In this document: in pieces, positions 1 to 22,082 of the stretch
Position numbering within the stretch: position 1 is the first letter of the stretch
Layout of the letters: each line of letters begins with the position of its first letter
From: Macrostomum lignano
Lineage: Eukaryota
Assembly (NCBI GenBank): GCA_002269645.1
Contig: NIVC01003841.1
Coordinates: 10,341-74,340 of the forward strand
Length of the DNA stretch: 64,000 nt
Direction: 5' to 3'
Translations under genes and position numbers: made by a program
Notes under the pieces: generated by a model
The model's database searches: none
What the model was told of the DNA's origin: nothing
The model's input: the letters and a program-made list of their open reading frames with translations, nothing else

Positions 1-884
1 CTACTGCGGACCTGTCAAACTGATGGAGGACACAGAGATCGAGAAAGGCTATATCCTGGTTTTCACCTGTGCGGCCACGCGAGCCCTTCACCTGGAACTG
101 GTGAGCGACTTGACGACCGAGACCTTCCTGCGAGCCCTCCGACGGTTCTGTGCTCGGAGAGGAATTCCCAATCTCATCAGTGACAACGCCAAGACATTCA
201 CCAAGGCTGCCAAAATACTTCAGGCGACAAGTTCAAGACTTCTGCGCCACCAGGAAAATCACCTGGCAATTCATCGTCGAACGCGCACCGTGACAAGGAG
301 GCTTCTGGGAGCGACTGATGAGGGACATCAAGCTGGCTTTGCGCAAGACCATCCTCAACGCAACCCTGACGCTGGACGAACTGCGGACAGTGCTAATGGA
401 GGTGGAAGCGGTGCTCAACAGTCGGCCTCTACTCTACGTGGATGCCGAAACCAACGGAGAAGTCCTGACGCCGGCGCACTTTCTGGTCCTGCAACGGCTA
501 ACGGCGGAGCCAACTTCTAGCGGTACGCCCGAGCTCCTGCTGCCGTTGCCAACACTGCTGAGGCGAATGCGCGCCAGACTGCAAGCCTTCTGGGACTGCT
601 GGGAGCGACAGTATCTGACCAGCCTGCGAGAACATAATCTAAGTCCCAAGCATGGCGTAACTCGAGAAGCTACGGCCGGCGACATCGTCCTGGTGAAAGG
701 TGAAGCCGGGCAGCCGAGGCTTACCTGGTGTACCGGTCTCATCGAGTCGGTGCATCCTGGCCGAGACGGGGCGGTGAGATCTGCAACGGTTCGAGTCGCG
801 CCCAGACCTGGCCGCGGTCCCAGGAGATGCTTGATTCGCCGACCGGTGGAGAACCTGATTTTGCTGGAAGCTGTGACTGAATGA
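1..884 (+). mobile_element. BEL/Pao LTR retrotransposon pol 3' end (integrase core plus DUF5641-like C-terminus), degenerate
   Basis: Translation gives GYILVFTCAATRALHLELVSDLTTETFLRALRRFCARRG..ISDNAKTF, then after a frameshift ITWQFIVERAP*QGGFWERLMRDIKLALRK..EVEAVLNSRPL..LTPAHFL..FWDCWERQYLTSLRE..GDIVLVK..W..GLIESVHPGRDGAVRSATVR..RRPVENLILLE. These are typical BEL/Pao integrase motifs. The W of APWxGGFWERL is TGA at 291-293, so this copy is inactive. Confidence 0.93.
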
Positions 885-1228
885 ACTTAAGTAACTGACT
901 TTCAATGACTGTTCTAATCGTTGTTTCGAGTTTCTGTTTAGTTTTAGTTCGCAGTAATTTTCACTCAGTTTCAATCTTACCTTTTGAGCTCCTTAGCGCT
1001 GATTGGATTTTTTTTTAGTTTCGTTTTCCCTTTGTTCCTACTTTTTGTTAACTCAGTACTCTGGTGATGGTGTGTCACATTTTTAGTCATCAAGTCTGTT
1101 GTAATGTTGGAGCGTTTTTTGTTGTTCATTTGTTTTTTGCTATTCGTTTCGTTTAATTTCATTTAAGTTAATAGCGAGTTTCCTTTTTCGAATATCAATG
1201 TTAAGTACTGTAATGATGAAGCATCATT

Positions 1229-1422
1229 AGGGGGAGTGTATTGGATTTGGAGTGCCTGCGTACCGACCCTCTGCTATGTGTAGCGTCGCCAGTGTACACT
1301 TGGCGGTCCCCGTCTCAGAGTGTGTTGGGGTGGGGTTGATGTGCGTGAGGCGTTGTTGAGTCAGAGAGTTGGAGAGAGAGAACATTGATTTAATTTAATA
1401 TATATGCAATAATTTAGCCACA
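1229..1422 (+). mobile_element. Polypurine tract and start of the 3' LTR of the BEL/Pao element
   Basis: AGGGGGAG (1229-1236) is followed directly by TGTATTGG at 1237, about 350 bp after the pol stop, as expected for PPT then TG-LTR. The LTR right end is uncertain (ACA at 1384, 1422 or 1726). Confidence 0.6.
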
Positions 1423-2946
1423 GGGCTCATTTACCTGTTTTTTGTTAAAGTCTAACCCTCAGATTTTATTAGACTTAATTATTTCTTTAACAGTTTCATT
1501 TAAGTTTTGAACCAAATGATCATAGCTCGTACAATGCGTATGTGAATCGCGAATTGGTCTGTTGTTGTCAGCTAATCGACTACAGCTGTTTTTATCGTTA
1601 TACAGCTGCACTTGTTGGAGCGAAACAGGCGAAACAGGCGAAGCAGAAGTCGGAGAAAATAGCATGGATAGCCAACTATAGCCTGTGATATGATAAATCA
1701 AACAAACAGCACACAAAATATATACATGGTCCAGAGATTAAACCAAAAAAATTGATTGGAGGTAAAAAACCAAAATTAAAATGTTATATACTCAGAAATT
1801 CTAAATTTAAGATATGCTGCTATAGTCACAAAACTTTAGCAAACCCGTGATATTATCTAACTAAATGAGTTTGCTTTCAAAAAAATGTTACAGAAATGTT
1901 CTGGCCTACGCGTCTAGAGATTTAGTGGCAGTTTTAAATCTAGAATTTCCAGCTTGGCGTTGTAAATAAACGAGCTTAGCTTGGTGGTAGAGATTTGAAT
2001 TCCTGGACGCAATTAAGCTTTCTAAGAAACAGCGTCCCAATAAATGTGGTGGCTTGGCTTGCTCGGTGCCACGTGGCTCATGTTTTTTATATGTCGTAAT
2101 AATTAAAAGCAATCGCTAGGTCATATATACGCTCTAATAGCCATTTAGATATTTAAACTATGGAGTGTGGCCATCGTGGTGTGTGGCCATCGTTGTCACG
2201 CACCCACTGGTGCAGCTATAGAGAGTAAAAATAAATGCCACTTGCCACTCAACTAGTAAGATTAAATTAGTGACTAGGCCTTGCAGAGATAAAGAAATCA
2301 ATTAGCATGTCTATGCATTTAAAATGTTAAAAATCCATTAATTTATTAATTAACTTTAATGAATTTTCTAAGCTTAATTGTGGCTATAAAAGCCTGTTTC
2401 TAGTGCTCAAGAAGTAACATAAACTGAATAAAAAAGGTAGCTTAATTGTCTAAGATAAAAGTTTTCCTGCTTGCATTCCTAATAAGACTGTAAAAAAATA
2501 GATACACTTTCTAAATTTGGTCCAATAGGGCTATAAAATATATAATTATAATGAGTTTTGACTTTTGATCATCTAGGTTGCATTTTCAAATGTGTGATTT
2601 CTATAAAATATATGTTTCTAAATTTTTTATATTAACTAAGACATAAAAATAGCACATAGAAAATGTATAGATTGTCCTCCAAAATTTATTCCAATGTATG
2701 CATACTTAGTGTGACTTAGTTTTGTCTAGATTTGTGACTTAGTTCCTCCCAATTGCGACTTAATTTTCACTTTGTTGAAAAGTAAAAAGTTTTGACTTTT
2801 CTTGCCTTTTTCTCTTTTCTTCTCTTTCTTTTTCTCTCCTCTTTCCTCCATCTTTCTCCTCCTTTCTTTTTCTTTTCTTTTCCTATCTCCTTTCTTTCTT
2901 CTCACAATTTTTAGTTTTTTTTTGCATTTTTGATTTTGCAACTTAC

Positions 2947-2962
2947 CTTGGCCGGCAGCCAT
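2947..2962 (-). CDS. Candidate first coding exon (MAAGQ+1 nt) of an unidentified gene divergent from ERCC8
   Basis: Minus strand reads aaaATGGCTGCCGGCCAAG|gtaagt: good start context plus a perfect donor (2946-2941). No downstream exon was confidently identified. Confidence 0.4.
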
Positions 2963-3145
2963 TTTACCCATCCAGTTTAGACAGTTTGGATGGGTGTTAG
3001 GCATATATGAGACTATACCTAGGCCTATTCTAGGTGGAAAGTGTCTATTTCATCAGAGTTGCTATAATATTTCATAGGTTAGCTAAAATTACAGTAGAAC
3101 CCAAATTAACCCAGGTATATATTTACTATGCACCTGTGTTTTCAG

Positions 3146-12381
<9,236 letters not shown>

Positions 12382-12404
12382 GACTGCGGATGCTTCTCTT
12401 GTGG

Positions 12405-13088
12405 GTTGTGGCTGAGTGCGTGCGGATTGTGGCTGAGTGAGTTTGGATTGTAGCTGCGTGCGTGCGGGTTGTGGCTGAGTGAGTGCGGATTGTGGCTGAG
12501 TGAGTTTGGATTGTGGCTGAGTGTGTGCGGATCGTGGCTGAGTGCGTGCGGATTGTGGCTGAGTGAGTTTGGATTGTGGCTGAGTGAGTGCGGATTGTGG
12601 CTGAGTGAGGTCGGATTGTGGCTGAGTGTGTGCGGATTGTGGCTGAGTGAGTGCGGATTGTGGCTGAGTGCATGTGGATTGTGGCTGAGTGAGTGCGGAT
12701 TGTGGCTGAGTGAGTGCGGATTGTGGCTGAGTGAGTGCGGATTGTGGCTAAGTGCGTGCGGATTGTGGCTGAGTGCGTGCGGATTGTGGCTGAGTGCATG
12801 CGGATTGTGGCTGAGTGAGTGCGGATTGTGGCTGAGTGAGTGCGGATTGTGGCTGAGTGAGTGCGGATTGTGGCTGAGTGAGTTTAGATTGTGGCTGAGT
12901 GAGTGCGGATTGTGGCTGAGTGAGTGCGGATTGTGGCTGAGTGCGTGCGGATTGTGGCTGAGTGAGTGCGGATTGTGGCTGAGTGAGTGCGGATTGTGGC
13001 TGAGTGAGTGCGGATTGTGGCTGAGTGAGTGCGGATTGTGGCTGAGTGAGTGCGGATTGTGGCTGAGTGAGTGCGGATTGTGGCTGAG
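12405..13088. repeat. Minisatellite, 21 bp unit GTGGCTGAGTGAGTGCGGATT (probable ERCC8 3' UTR)
   Basis: Begins about 25 nt after the ERCC8 stop; AATAAA follows at 13220-13225. Confidence 0.93.
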
Positions 13089-13219
13089 TTTTCGTCAGCA
13101 ACATATCACTTGCTCTATTTGGCAACCCCATTATCTAATAAGTATTTTTGGCATTTAGAAAATCAATGTATGCTATGTTAGTGTAAATATTTTGTACATT
13201 ATTAATGTCTGATTTTTTA

Positions 13220-13225
13220 AATAAA
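13220..13225 (+). terminator. Candidate ERCC8 polyadenylation signal AATAAA
   Basis: First AATAAA seen downstream of the stop codon, in AT-rich context. Confidence 0.45.
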
Positions 13226-13554
13226 CTGAGCTGGAGCCCGCTGCCGATGGTCCCTATTCGAATTTTGTGTCAACAGAAAAAAGATTCAGAACTTGAAAAC
13301 TCCTTAAAACTGATTATCAGCTCTTTTCAATCGAATGTGTTGCCGAGTGCTGTCCTCCTCTAAAGCTTCTCATTAGCGGAATTGCCTGTGCTCAACCCAC
13401 ACTGCTTGCGTTATTACAGAGGGGAAGTGCTCTAATTGCTAGGCATGAGGCGTTGCTTCCTAATTCCTACTTTGCAGTCAGCGCCCTGGAGTCAAGGTGC
13501 CGGGTTAATTGAAGCTTGTGTGCATCTTCTTCATTTAGGGCTGTTAGTGCCACG

Positions 13555-14142
13555 CCCAGGAATTCAGGCATCGGGTTCTGCTCCACTGACACAATTCAAG
13601 CATCGGGTTCTGCTCCACTGACACAACTCAAGCATCGGGTTCTGCTCCACTGACACAACTCAAGCATCGGGTTCTGCTCCACTGACACAACTCAAGCATC
13701 GGGTTCTGCTCCACTGACACAACTCAAGCATTGGGTTCTGCTCCACTGACACAACTCAAGCATCGGGTTCTGCTCCACTGACACAATTCAAGCATTGGGT
13801 TCTGCTCCACTGACACAATTCAAGCATTGGGTTCTGCTCCACTGACACAACTCAAGCATCGGGTTCTGCTCCACTGACACAACTCAAGCATCGGGTTCTG
13901 CTCCACTGACACAACTCAAGCATCGGGTTCTGCTCCACTGACACAACTCAAGCATCGGGTTCTGCTCCACTGACACAATTCAAGCATCGGGTTCTGCTCC
14001 ACTGACACAATTCAAGCATTGGGTTTTGCTCCACTGACACAATTCAAGCATTGGGTTCTGCTCCACTGACACAATTCAAGCATTGGGTTCTGCTCCACTG
14101 ACACAATTCAAGCATTGGGTTCTGCTCCACTGACACAATTCA
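13555..14142. repeat. Minisatellite, 32 bp unit CAAGCAT(C/T)GGGTTCTGCTCCACTGACACAA(C/T)T
   Basis: About 18 contiguous units with no spacers. Confidence 0.95.
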
Positions 14143-15710
14143 AAAGATAGACATGGATTGATAAAACTATCAGAGGATTTAAAATGCACAACTTCTCTCA
14201 GCTGACAATCTTCTCAGGCGTTGAATCTCCATTAAGCTTATTAAAAGCAGAGCTGATGCAGATGGTGCCAGTGCAACCGCTCCATCCATGCCCCTCAAAA
14301 TTAATGAGCTGCTAGTCTATCGTAAAATCTTCTCCGCCCGCCTGTTCTGTAATCACCAAGCGCTCATCAATCATCAAATTATTGTGGGCACGCCGAGAGG
14401 GTTCCAGGCCTTTGAACAATATTTGCCTTTATAGGCACCTCTTTTTTAGGGTGCAGGTGGTCCAGTATATTATCCAGTATATTAGGTCTTCTGTGCAATT
14501 TGGAAATCAGTAGATTATAAAGCTGGGTGACTTCAAGGGACAAAAGGTTGTGAGCTTGTTGGCCATGTGCAGTGTTAGCCACAGAGGTGTCTCGGTGCTT
14601 AGCAGCTTGTACTTCCACTTTCTCTGACCTCGCCGCGTCAGTCCTGGGTGACCGCTTACACTCTCTGAAGAAGCAATCCATGGGTCATTCCCGTGTTCAT
14701 TCCCAAATTCTTATCTCCCAATCATTATTCCGTTTGATTATTCTGTCATGTAACACTTGCAGTACTGTATGTAGTGGGCTTCTACTTGCCTGCCGATAAA
14801 AATCGATTAATGCACTGTTTAGGCTTACATGTAACTGTGCAGTGTACGAGATTCGCAAGCCACTTTTTTTATCGCACACAAACGCGCTAGATCGATTTCT
14901 CTGTTCTATTATGAAGTTTACCCTGCATCTCACCTGCATCTCTCTCCCTGCATCTCATACCCTCCCTTAGTTCTGTTCGCCTCTGCTTGTCAGCTTTTCC
15001 TTAAATTGAATTGCAATAAAAATCTTCAAGCAAGTGTATTCAGCCAATAGGTGAAAAAGGCCATATTAAACCGCACTCAACCAACTGCAAATTCTGGTTT
15101 AACAGCTGAACTCTCGCAGACATTTGAATGCGCCTGCTTATTTATATAGGTACCTCACTGGCAGGTGTTTGTGTTGCTGCCCCCCCCCCCCTAGCCACCA
15201 CATGCAGCTCCCAAGTTCTTCCATGAGTCAACACAAAAAATGTGGGCTCAGGTTGCAGCCATGCTGGGCCAGCCGTGTTAAAAGTTTTCTTTTATAATCT
15301 CCGCATAGGTGCCCCCATCCATCCAGTGAGCTCTCACTGTTTATATTGCCGGCTCGCTGCTCCAGGGGGTCTTCCAGCATGCCGCAGACTTGCACTTTCT
15401 GTCCGCCGCACTGTTGAGTGAGCACTTAAAGGGGCTCGGAGTTGAGATTAAAAATTGATGATTGATACGGTTGACAGCGGGTCTTGGGAATTCTGTGATA
15501 GTATCTGAGACCCAGCCATTTTTCTTCCTGGGGACAATTCCTTCTAATTTTCTAGAATAAGTGAAAGAGTCTCTGCCCGCCGCCGCCAGTCCAATCCCGC
15601 CTCAGCCACTGTCTGTCCCCCCCTCTCCATCTCCTCCCCCGGTGAGTCTGCTCTTAAATAAGTCTGCGCAAGAGCCCGCCTGATGCGATCTTGCCTGTCA
15701 AGCGCTGACC

Positions 15711-16991
15711 ATGGCCGCCGACCCCTCCGATATCCGACGCGAGTTCCTCGACAGCCTGGCCGCCAGCTCTGGCGGCGGCAACCTCACCGGTCTGGCCAAC
15801 AGCAGCACCGGCTACCTGAACCTCTCGGCCAGCAACAGTAGCTCGCCACAGAGCTCTTGGTGGGTGAGCAGCCTGCACTGGGTACAGGGCGGCCTCACCA
15901 CTCTGGGTATGGCTGGCAACGCCCTGGTGATCCTCACGCTGCTCCGCCGGCGCTACAAATCCCAGTTCGCCACGGCCGTCTTCCTGCACCAGACTGTCAT
16001 GGACTTCATGGTCTGCGCCTTCACCCTGGTGTTGCTGGTGAAGCCCAGCCAGAATCCAACCTCTAGCCTGGGCTTCGGCTTCGCCCTGTGTCACGTGATC
16101 AACAGCCAGCTGCTGTATTGGTACTTCGTCTTCTCCAGCGTGCAGAATCTTGTCCTCATCGCTGTGGATCGCTACTTCGCCGTGTTCCGGCCAGTCAGGT
16201 ACAAAACTCTCAGCTTCCGGAGCGCCGCTCTGCATCTGGTCGGCCTGCACTGCTACTCCTTTGCCGTCAACATCATCGACATCTTCTCTGTAGAGTTCGA
16301 CAGGGACTCGAACCACTGCAGCTCGGAGATCACTCACCAGGTGTTTAAGAAAGTGTTTAAAGTCTACGGTTTCCTTTGGTTCTTCTTGGTGTACCTTCTG
16401 CCAGTGGCTGCCGTGGTCTGCCTGTACAGCGCCATCGTCTACCGGCTGAGCAACCAGGGCCTGCACAACAGCAGGTTCAGGCAGCGGGCCGCCACCGAGC
16501 TGACGAAATCCGCCGTGATCATCACGGTGATCTTCATTGTGTGCTTCAGCTACGACTGCATCTACTACCTGCTCGGGCACCTGGACCTCGTGGAGTACAT
16601 CTACAGCTCGCCAACCCAGCTAATCGGCGTCGCCTTGGTGACCATCAACTCGTGCGCTAATCCGGTGGTTTATTGCATCATCATGCCATCGTTTCGCGAG
16701 CGAATGCTGGCCGCCGTTTGCTCCTGCTGCCGGCTTGGCAAGCGCTGGCAGCTTCGGTGGGGCTGCCGCGGCTGCTGTGGTGACGTCACCGCTGATGCGG
16801 CAGACGGCGAAGACGCCGACGGCGACGGCGAGGAGGACGGACGCATCGGCGGCGGTTGTCAGGAGCGCCGCGAGAACAGCAAAGACTCCGAGAGCTGTTG
16901 CGATGGCAACAACGGCATAGCAACAGCTCTGGTCACGGTGACGGTCGCGACGAAATCGGCTGACTACTCACCAGATGAACTTGCCGCTTAG
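15711..16991 (+). CDS. Intronless class A (rhodopsin-like) GPCR, 426 aa, neuropeptide-receptor-like orphan
   Basis: Seven hydrophobic segments with GN (TM1), MDF (D2.50), C3.25, AVDRY, LLP..LY (TM5) and NSCANPVVY (NPxxY). N-terminal NLT/NSS/NLS glycosylation sequons; AATAAA at 17037-17042. Confidence 0.95.
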   Translation: MAADPSDIRREFLDSLAASSGGGNLTGLANSSTGYLNLSASNSSSPQSSWWVSSLHWVQGGLTTLGMAGNALVILTLLRRRYKSQFATAVFLHQTVMDFMVCAFTLVLLVKPSQNPTSSLGFGFALCHVINSQLLYWYFVFSSVQNLVLIAVDRYFAVFRPVRYKTLSFRSAALHLVGLHCYSFAVNIIDIFSVEFDRDSNHCSSEITHQVFKKVFKVYGFLWFFLVYLLPVAAVVCLYSAIVYRLSNQGLHNSRFRQRAATELTKSAVIITVIFIVCFSYDCIYYLLGHLDLVEYIYSSPTQLIGVALVTINSCANPVVYCIIMPSFRERMLAAVCSCCRLGKRWQLRWGCRGCCGDVTADAADGEDADGDGEEDGRIGGGCQERRENSKDSESCCDGNNGIATALVTVTVATKSADYSPDELAA

Positions 16992-17419
16992 CCTGCGGAC
17001 ACTTGTCTGCTTAGGAGAATAATAATTATCATAAATAATAAATGTCTACGCTTTGATTCTATCACTGCGCAATGCATGTTATCTTCACATCCGGCTTTTG
17101 TCCTCTGGTTTTTAGTGCGAGCCGATTCGCTTAACAGCATGTGCATGCACGAGTAGGCAGGAGTATCCGCACCCGGTAGATTTAATTTTCCATTTCGTTC
17201 TGCATGTATCTCGTGACAGAAGGATCAACACGAACGCTTAAAACGTCTCACACCCAGATGTCCCAGTGTGACACCCCAAAATTTTAAAAACTTTGTCAAA
17301 GCACAGTCGTTGCCGCTATTGTAACCAGCCTGGGTGAATGCACCCGTACAGCACAAGGGATTAATAAATGCGCCAGAATTATTTTTCAATTATAAACTGT
17401 CAACGTTTTACTGCGTCAT

Positions 17420-17680
17420 TTTGTCACATTGTCACACTGAATCACAGTGCAGTGTCACTGTCACACTGAATCACAGTGCAGTATCACTGTCACACTGAAT
17501 CACAGTGCAGCGTCACTGTCACACTGAATCACAGTGCAGTATCACTGTCACACTGAATCACAGTGCAGTATCACTGAATCACAGTGCAGTATCACTGAAT
17601 CACAGTGCAGCGTCACTGTCACACTGAATCACAGTGCAGTATCACTGTCACACTGAATCACAGTGCAGTATCACTAAATC
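17420..17680. repeat. Minisatellite, 29 bp unit CACTGTCACACTGAATCACAGTGCAGTAT
   Basis: Tandem units with an internal CACTGT/ACAGTG inverted repeat. Confidence 0.9.
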
Positions 17681-18334
17681 ACAAGACAGCCGTAGATCCA
17701 ATTTGTCAGAATTCCGAATTTAGAATTTCACATCGAGAAGAGGAAAAGTCATCTCTATATGAAGAGATTATGGAGAAATTTATCATAATTTGTCCCTTGC
17801 ACGCGACATAGCCATGTTGTTTCTTCGAAAGACTGAAAGCCCTTCAACAACATCTGCGTGTGCGCCTTCGGATTGAAAACTAGCAATATTTCCCCACTTT
17901 ATTTCTCGGGAAAATCCTATTTTAAAAAAACACACACAGCCTTTTCAGTGAGGCGATGAATAGAGGGGATTATAGGGGGATTTCGAGAATCAAAGAGTTG
18001 GGAAGGCAAAGTGTGTAGGCGAAGGTTTGAGCAGCTGAAGGCACAAAAAGATGCAAGGCGCGCTAAGGATGAGGAGCAGCTGCAGTCTGCAGCCAATTAG
18101 CTAAACTGAAATCCCAATGACTCTCGGATTTCCAGCAGCTTCGAGCGGCCTGCGTTTGATGCGACACCTGACTAATCCGCATCCGGTCAAATTCAGAATT
18201 CAAAGCAGAAAGCGGATTAAAAACACTACACTGGGATTTAATTAATGTGAGTGCCGTGCTGGGATGCTGAAATTTACTGCTTTTCCCAGATCGTGAGCTT
18301 GTGGAATTCTTTTGCGATATCAGCGTCTCTATTT

Positions 18335-18680
18335 GACATTATTTGTGTCACTCTGACATCTCAGCATCTCTGTTTGACATTTGTGTCACTCTGACATCTC
18401 AGCGTCTCTGTTTGACATTATTTGTGTCACTCTGACATCTCAGCGTCGTCTCTGTTTGACATTATTTGTGTCACTCTGACTTCTCAGCGTCTCTGTTTGA
18501 CATTATTTGTGTCACTCTGACATCTCAGTGTCACATTTTGACATTATTTGTGTCACTCTGACATCTCAGTGTCACATTTTGACATTATTTGTGTCACTCC
18601 GACATCTCAGTGTCACTTTTTGACATTATTTGTGTCACTCTGACATCTCAGTGTCACTCCGACATCTCAGGGTCACTCTT
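18335..18680. repeat. Minisatellite, about 41 bp unit GACATTATTTGTGTCACTCTGACATCTCAG...
   Basis: Direct tandem repetition. Confidence 0.9.
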
Positions 18681-19149
18681 TGGCATCTCGGGGTGACGCA
18701 TCATTCTGGTTAACTTGTCCCTTGTCTAAGTATTCACTACCCTAGCCTCCATCAATTTCTTCAATGACTCGAGTAACAGAACATTCAGCAGATTGAGTTT
18801 AAAGGCACTCCAGCACTCACCCGTAACTGATTGCTAAGAGCCAGATTAATTTTTGAGCCATCGAATATCTCTTGAGCTTAAAAGCTCAGCTGAAGCTTTG
18901 GCAGTAGGTACTGTTCAGACACTCGCTATCCTGAATATCTTTGATTAAAATTAATGCATGTACATGTCATGTCTTTGCTTCTCATTTTGCCTGACTAATC
19001 CAAAAGATGCTGTCTCATCATTAGCCGTCTGAAATGTCTAAATATGGAAATGCTGCATGGGCTGTTGCGAAGGTGGGTTGGAGATTAATGCAGCAATGAA
19101 ATATAATGCGGTAATGACCTGGGATTGAGTTTGATGAGTGCAGGTGTCA

Positions 19150-20085
19150 AATGCAGGAGTGAGGAGAGTCAGATGAAGGAGTGAGGAGAGTCAGATGCAG
19201 GAGTGAGGAGAGTCAGATGAAGGAGTGAGGGAGAGTCAGATGCAGGAGTGAGGAGAGTCAGATGCAGGAGTGAGGAGAGTCAGATGCAGGAGTGAGGAGA
19301 GTCAGATGCAGGAGTGAGGAGAGTCAGATGCAGGAGTGAGGAGAGTCAGATGCAGGAGTGAGGAGAGTCAGATGCAGGAGTGAGGAGAATCAGATGCAGG
19401 AGTGAGGAGAATCAGATTCAGGAGTGAGGAGAATCAGATTCAGGAGTGAGGAGAATCAGATGCAGGAGTGAGGAGAGTCAGATGCAGGAGTGAGGAGAGT
19501 CAGATGCAGGAGTGAGGAGAGTCAGATGCAGGAGTGAGGTAGAGTCAGATGCAGGAGTGAGGAGAGTCAGATGCAGGAGTGAGGAGAATCAGATTCAGGA
19601 GTGAGGAGAATCAGATTCAGGAGTGAGGAGAATCAGATTCAGGAGTGAGGAGAATCAGATGCAGGAGTGAGGAGAATCAGATTCAGGAGTGAGGAGAATC
19701 AGATGCAGGAGTGAGGTAGAGTCAGATGCAGGAGTGAGGAGAGTCAGATGCAGGAGTGAGGAGAGTCAGATGCAGGAGTGAGGAGAGTCAGATGCAGGAG
19801 TGAGGAGAATCAGATTCAGGAGTGAGGAGAATCAGATGCAGGAGTGAGGAGAATCAGATTCAGGAGTGAGGAGTGTCAGATGCAGGAGTGAGGTAGAGTC
19901 AGATGCAGGAGTGAGGAGAGTCAGATGCAGGAGTGAGGAGAGTCAGATGCAGGAGTGAGGTAGAGTCAGATGCAGGAGTGAGGAGAGTCAGATGCAGGAG
20001 TGAGGAGAGTCAGATGCAGGAGTGAGGTAGAATCAGATGCAGGAGTGAGGTAGAATCAGATGCAGGAGAGAGGTAGAGAGTCAGG
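19150..20085. repeat. Minisatellite, 22 bp unit GGAGTGAGGAGAGTCAGATGCA
   Basis: About 42 units. Confidence 0.95.
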
Positions 20086-20494
20086 CATATTTGACCTTCT
20101 TTGTACTTCAATATCGGACATTCATTTTAAGCGATCGGCAAAGAATTGCTGGCATACTTTGCAGGAAAAAGGCCAAGCTCTGCAATCGGTCGTTTTACAA
20201 TAAAATTCACTCGCTTGGTTTGATGCCGCACCCCCCCCCCGGTCTTTTCCGCTCCCTGCATCGATTCGGGAGATGCTGGGCTGCATCGCTTTCTGCTGCT
20301 GGGCTTTTAGCGTGGAAGCCAAGCAGGCTCTGGTTTGCGTTTAGCCTCTCCGGAGTCACTGCTCGACAATTGATTCTTGACTGGGGCGGCTCCCAAAGGC
20401 CGCCGCATGATCACCTGCGCTGCTCCGAGTGAATCGATTCTCCAGAAATACTGGTGGCAGGTGTGGCAGATGTGATGGATTGTCTATTCGGTGT

Positions 20495-20927
<433 letters not shown>

Positions 20928-21302
20928 CAACATATCCCGACAGTTGAAAATATTTTCCACCAGCTGTCAATCTCACAAAAGTACACGGTCAAGTCAAAAG
21001 TCAGCGCCATCATAGGCGGTTGCAACCGCCTCCTTAATACCCCTACTTTGTTTTGGAAATATTTTTTTCCGAATTGAGCAGAGCTTGGCGGATTATCATC
21101 GCCTCGGACTGAAAGTCAACGAATGATCTCAAATCTCTCTTTAATCCTCGACAGTCCTCACACCTGTTGAGATTCGCGCAGGCGGTGACAGGCGGTTTCA
21201 TTCAGTTTGCATTTTCTATCTCAGGCTGTGAGGCTTGCTTGATTATTACTTATTTTCCTCCCATTTTCATCCCAATATCTCTGAACCGGAGGTGGAATGA
21301 AG

Positions 21303-22082
21303 AATGTGAAACATGGGAATGTGAAACATGGGGAATGTGAAACATGGGGAATGTGAAGCATGGGGAATGTGAAACATGGGGAATGTGAAGCATGGGGAAT
21401 GTGAAGCATGGGGAATGTGAAGCCTGGGAATGTGAAGCATGGAGAATGTGAAACATGGGGAATGTGAAGCATGGAGAATGTGAAGCATGGGGAATGTGAA
21501 ACATGGGGAATGTGAAGCATGGGGAATGTGAAGCATGGAGAATGTGAAACATGGGGAATGTGAAGCATAGGGAATGGGAAATATGCGGAATGTGAAACAC
21601 GGGGAATGTGAAACATAGGGAATGGGAAATATGCGGAATGTGAAACACGGGGAATGTGAAACATAGGGAATGGGAAATATGCGGAATGTGAAACACGGGG
21701 AATGTGAAACATAGGGAATGGGAAATATGCGGAATGTGAAACACGGGGAATGTGAAACATAGGGAATGGGAAATATGCGGAATGTGAAACACGGGGAATG
21801 TGAAACATAGGGAATGGGAAATATGCGGAATGTGAAACACGGGGAATGTGAAACATAGGGAATGGGAAATATGCGGAATGTGAAACACGGGGAATGTGAA
21901 ACATAGGAAATGGGAAATATGCGGAATGTGAAACACGGGGAATGTGAAACATAGGGAATGGGAAATATGCGGAATGTGAAACACGGGGAATGTGAAACAT
22001 AGGGAATGGGAAATATGCGGAATGTGAAACACGGGGAATGTGAAACATAGGGAATGGGAAATATGCGGAATGTGAAACACGT
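21303..22082. repeat. 16 bp minisatellite (ATGGGGAATGTGAAAC) grading into a 48 bp trimeric higher-order repeat
   Basis: Monomers at about 21303-21560; 48 bp unit ATAGGGAATGGGAAATATGCGGAATGTGAAACACGGGGAATGTGAAAC thereafter. Confidence 0.93.

Noticed and set aside
2947-2962. NDUFAF2 as the divergent partner (as in human)
   Set aside because: MAAGQ and nearby minus-strand sequence show no NDUFAF2/NDUFA12 motif such as GxDxxGNxYY.
13555-14142. CRISPR-like array of 32 bp repeats
   Set aside because: Units are contiguous with no unique spacers, there are no cas genes, and the context is eukaryotic.
14379-15425. Minus-strand ORFs of 100 aa and 65 aa
   Set aside because: No recognisable motif or convincing splice structure; cannot be supported without a homology search.
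15654-16580. 308 aa antisense ORF
   Set aside because: Shadow of the GC-rich GPCR codons; no independent motifs.
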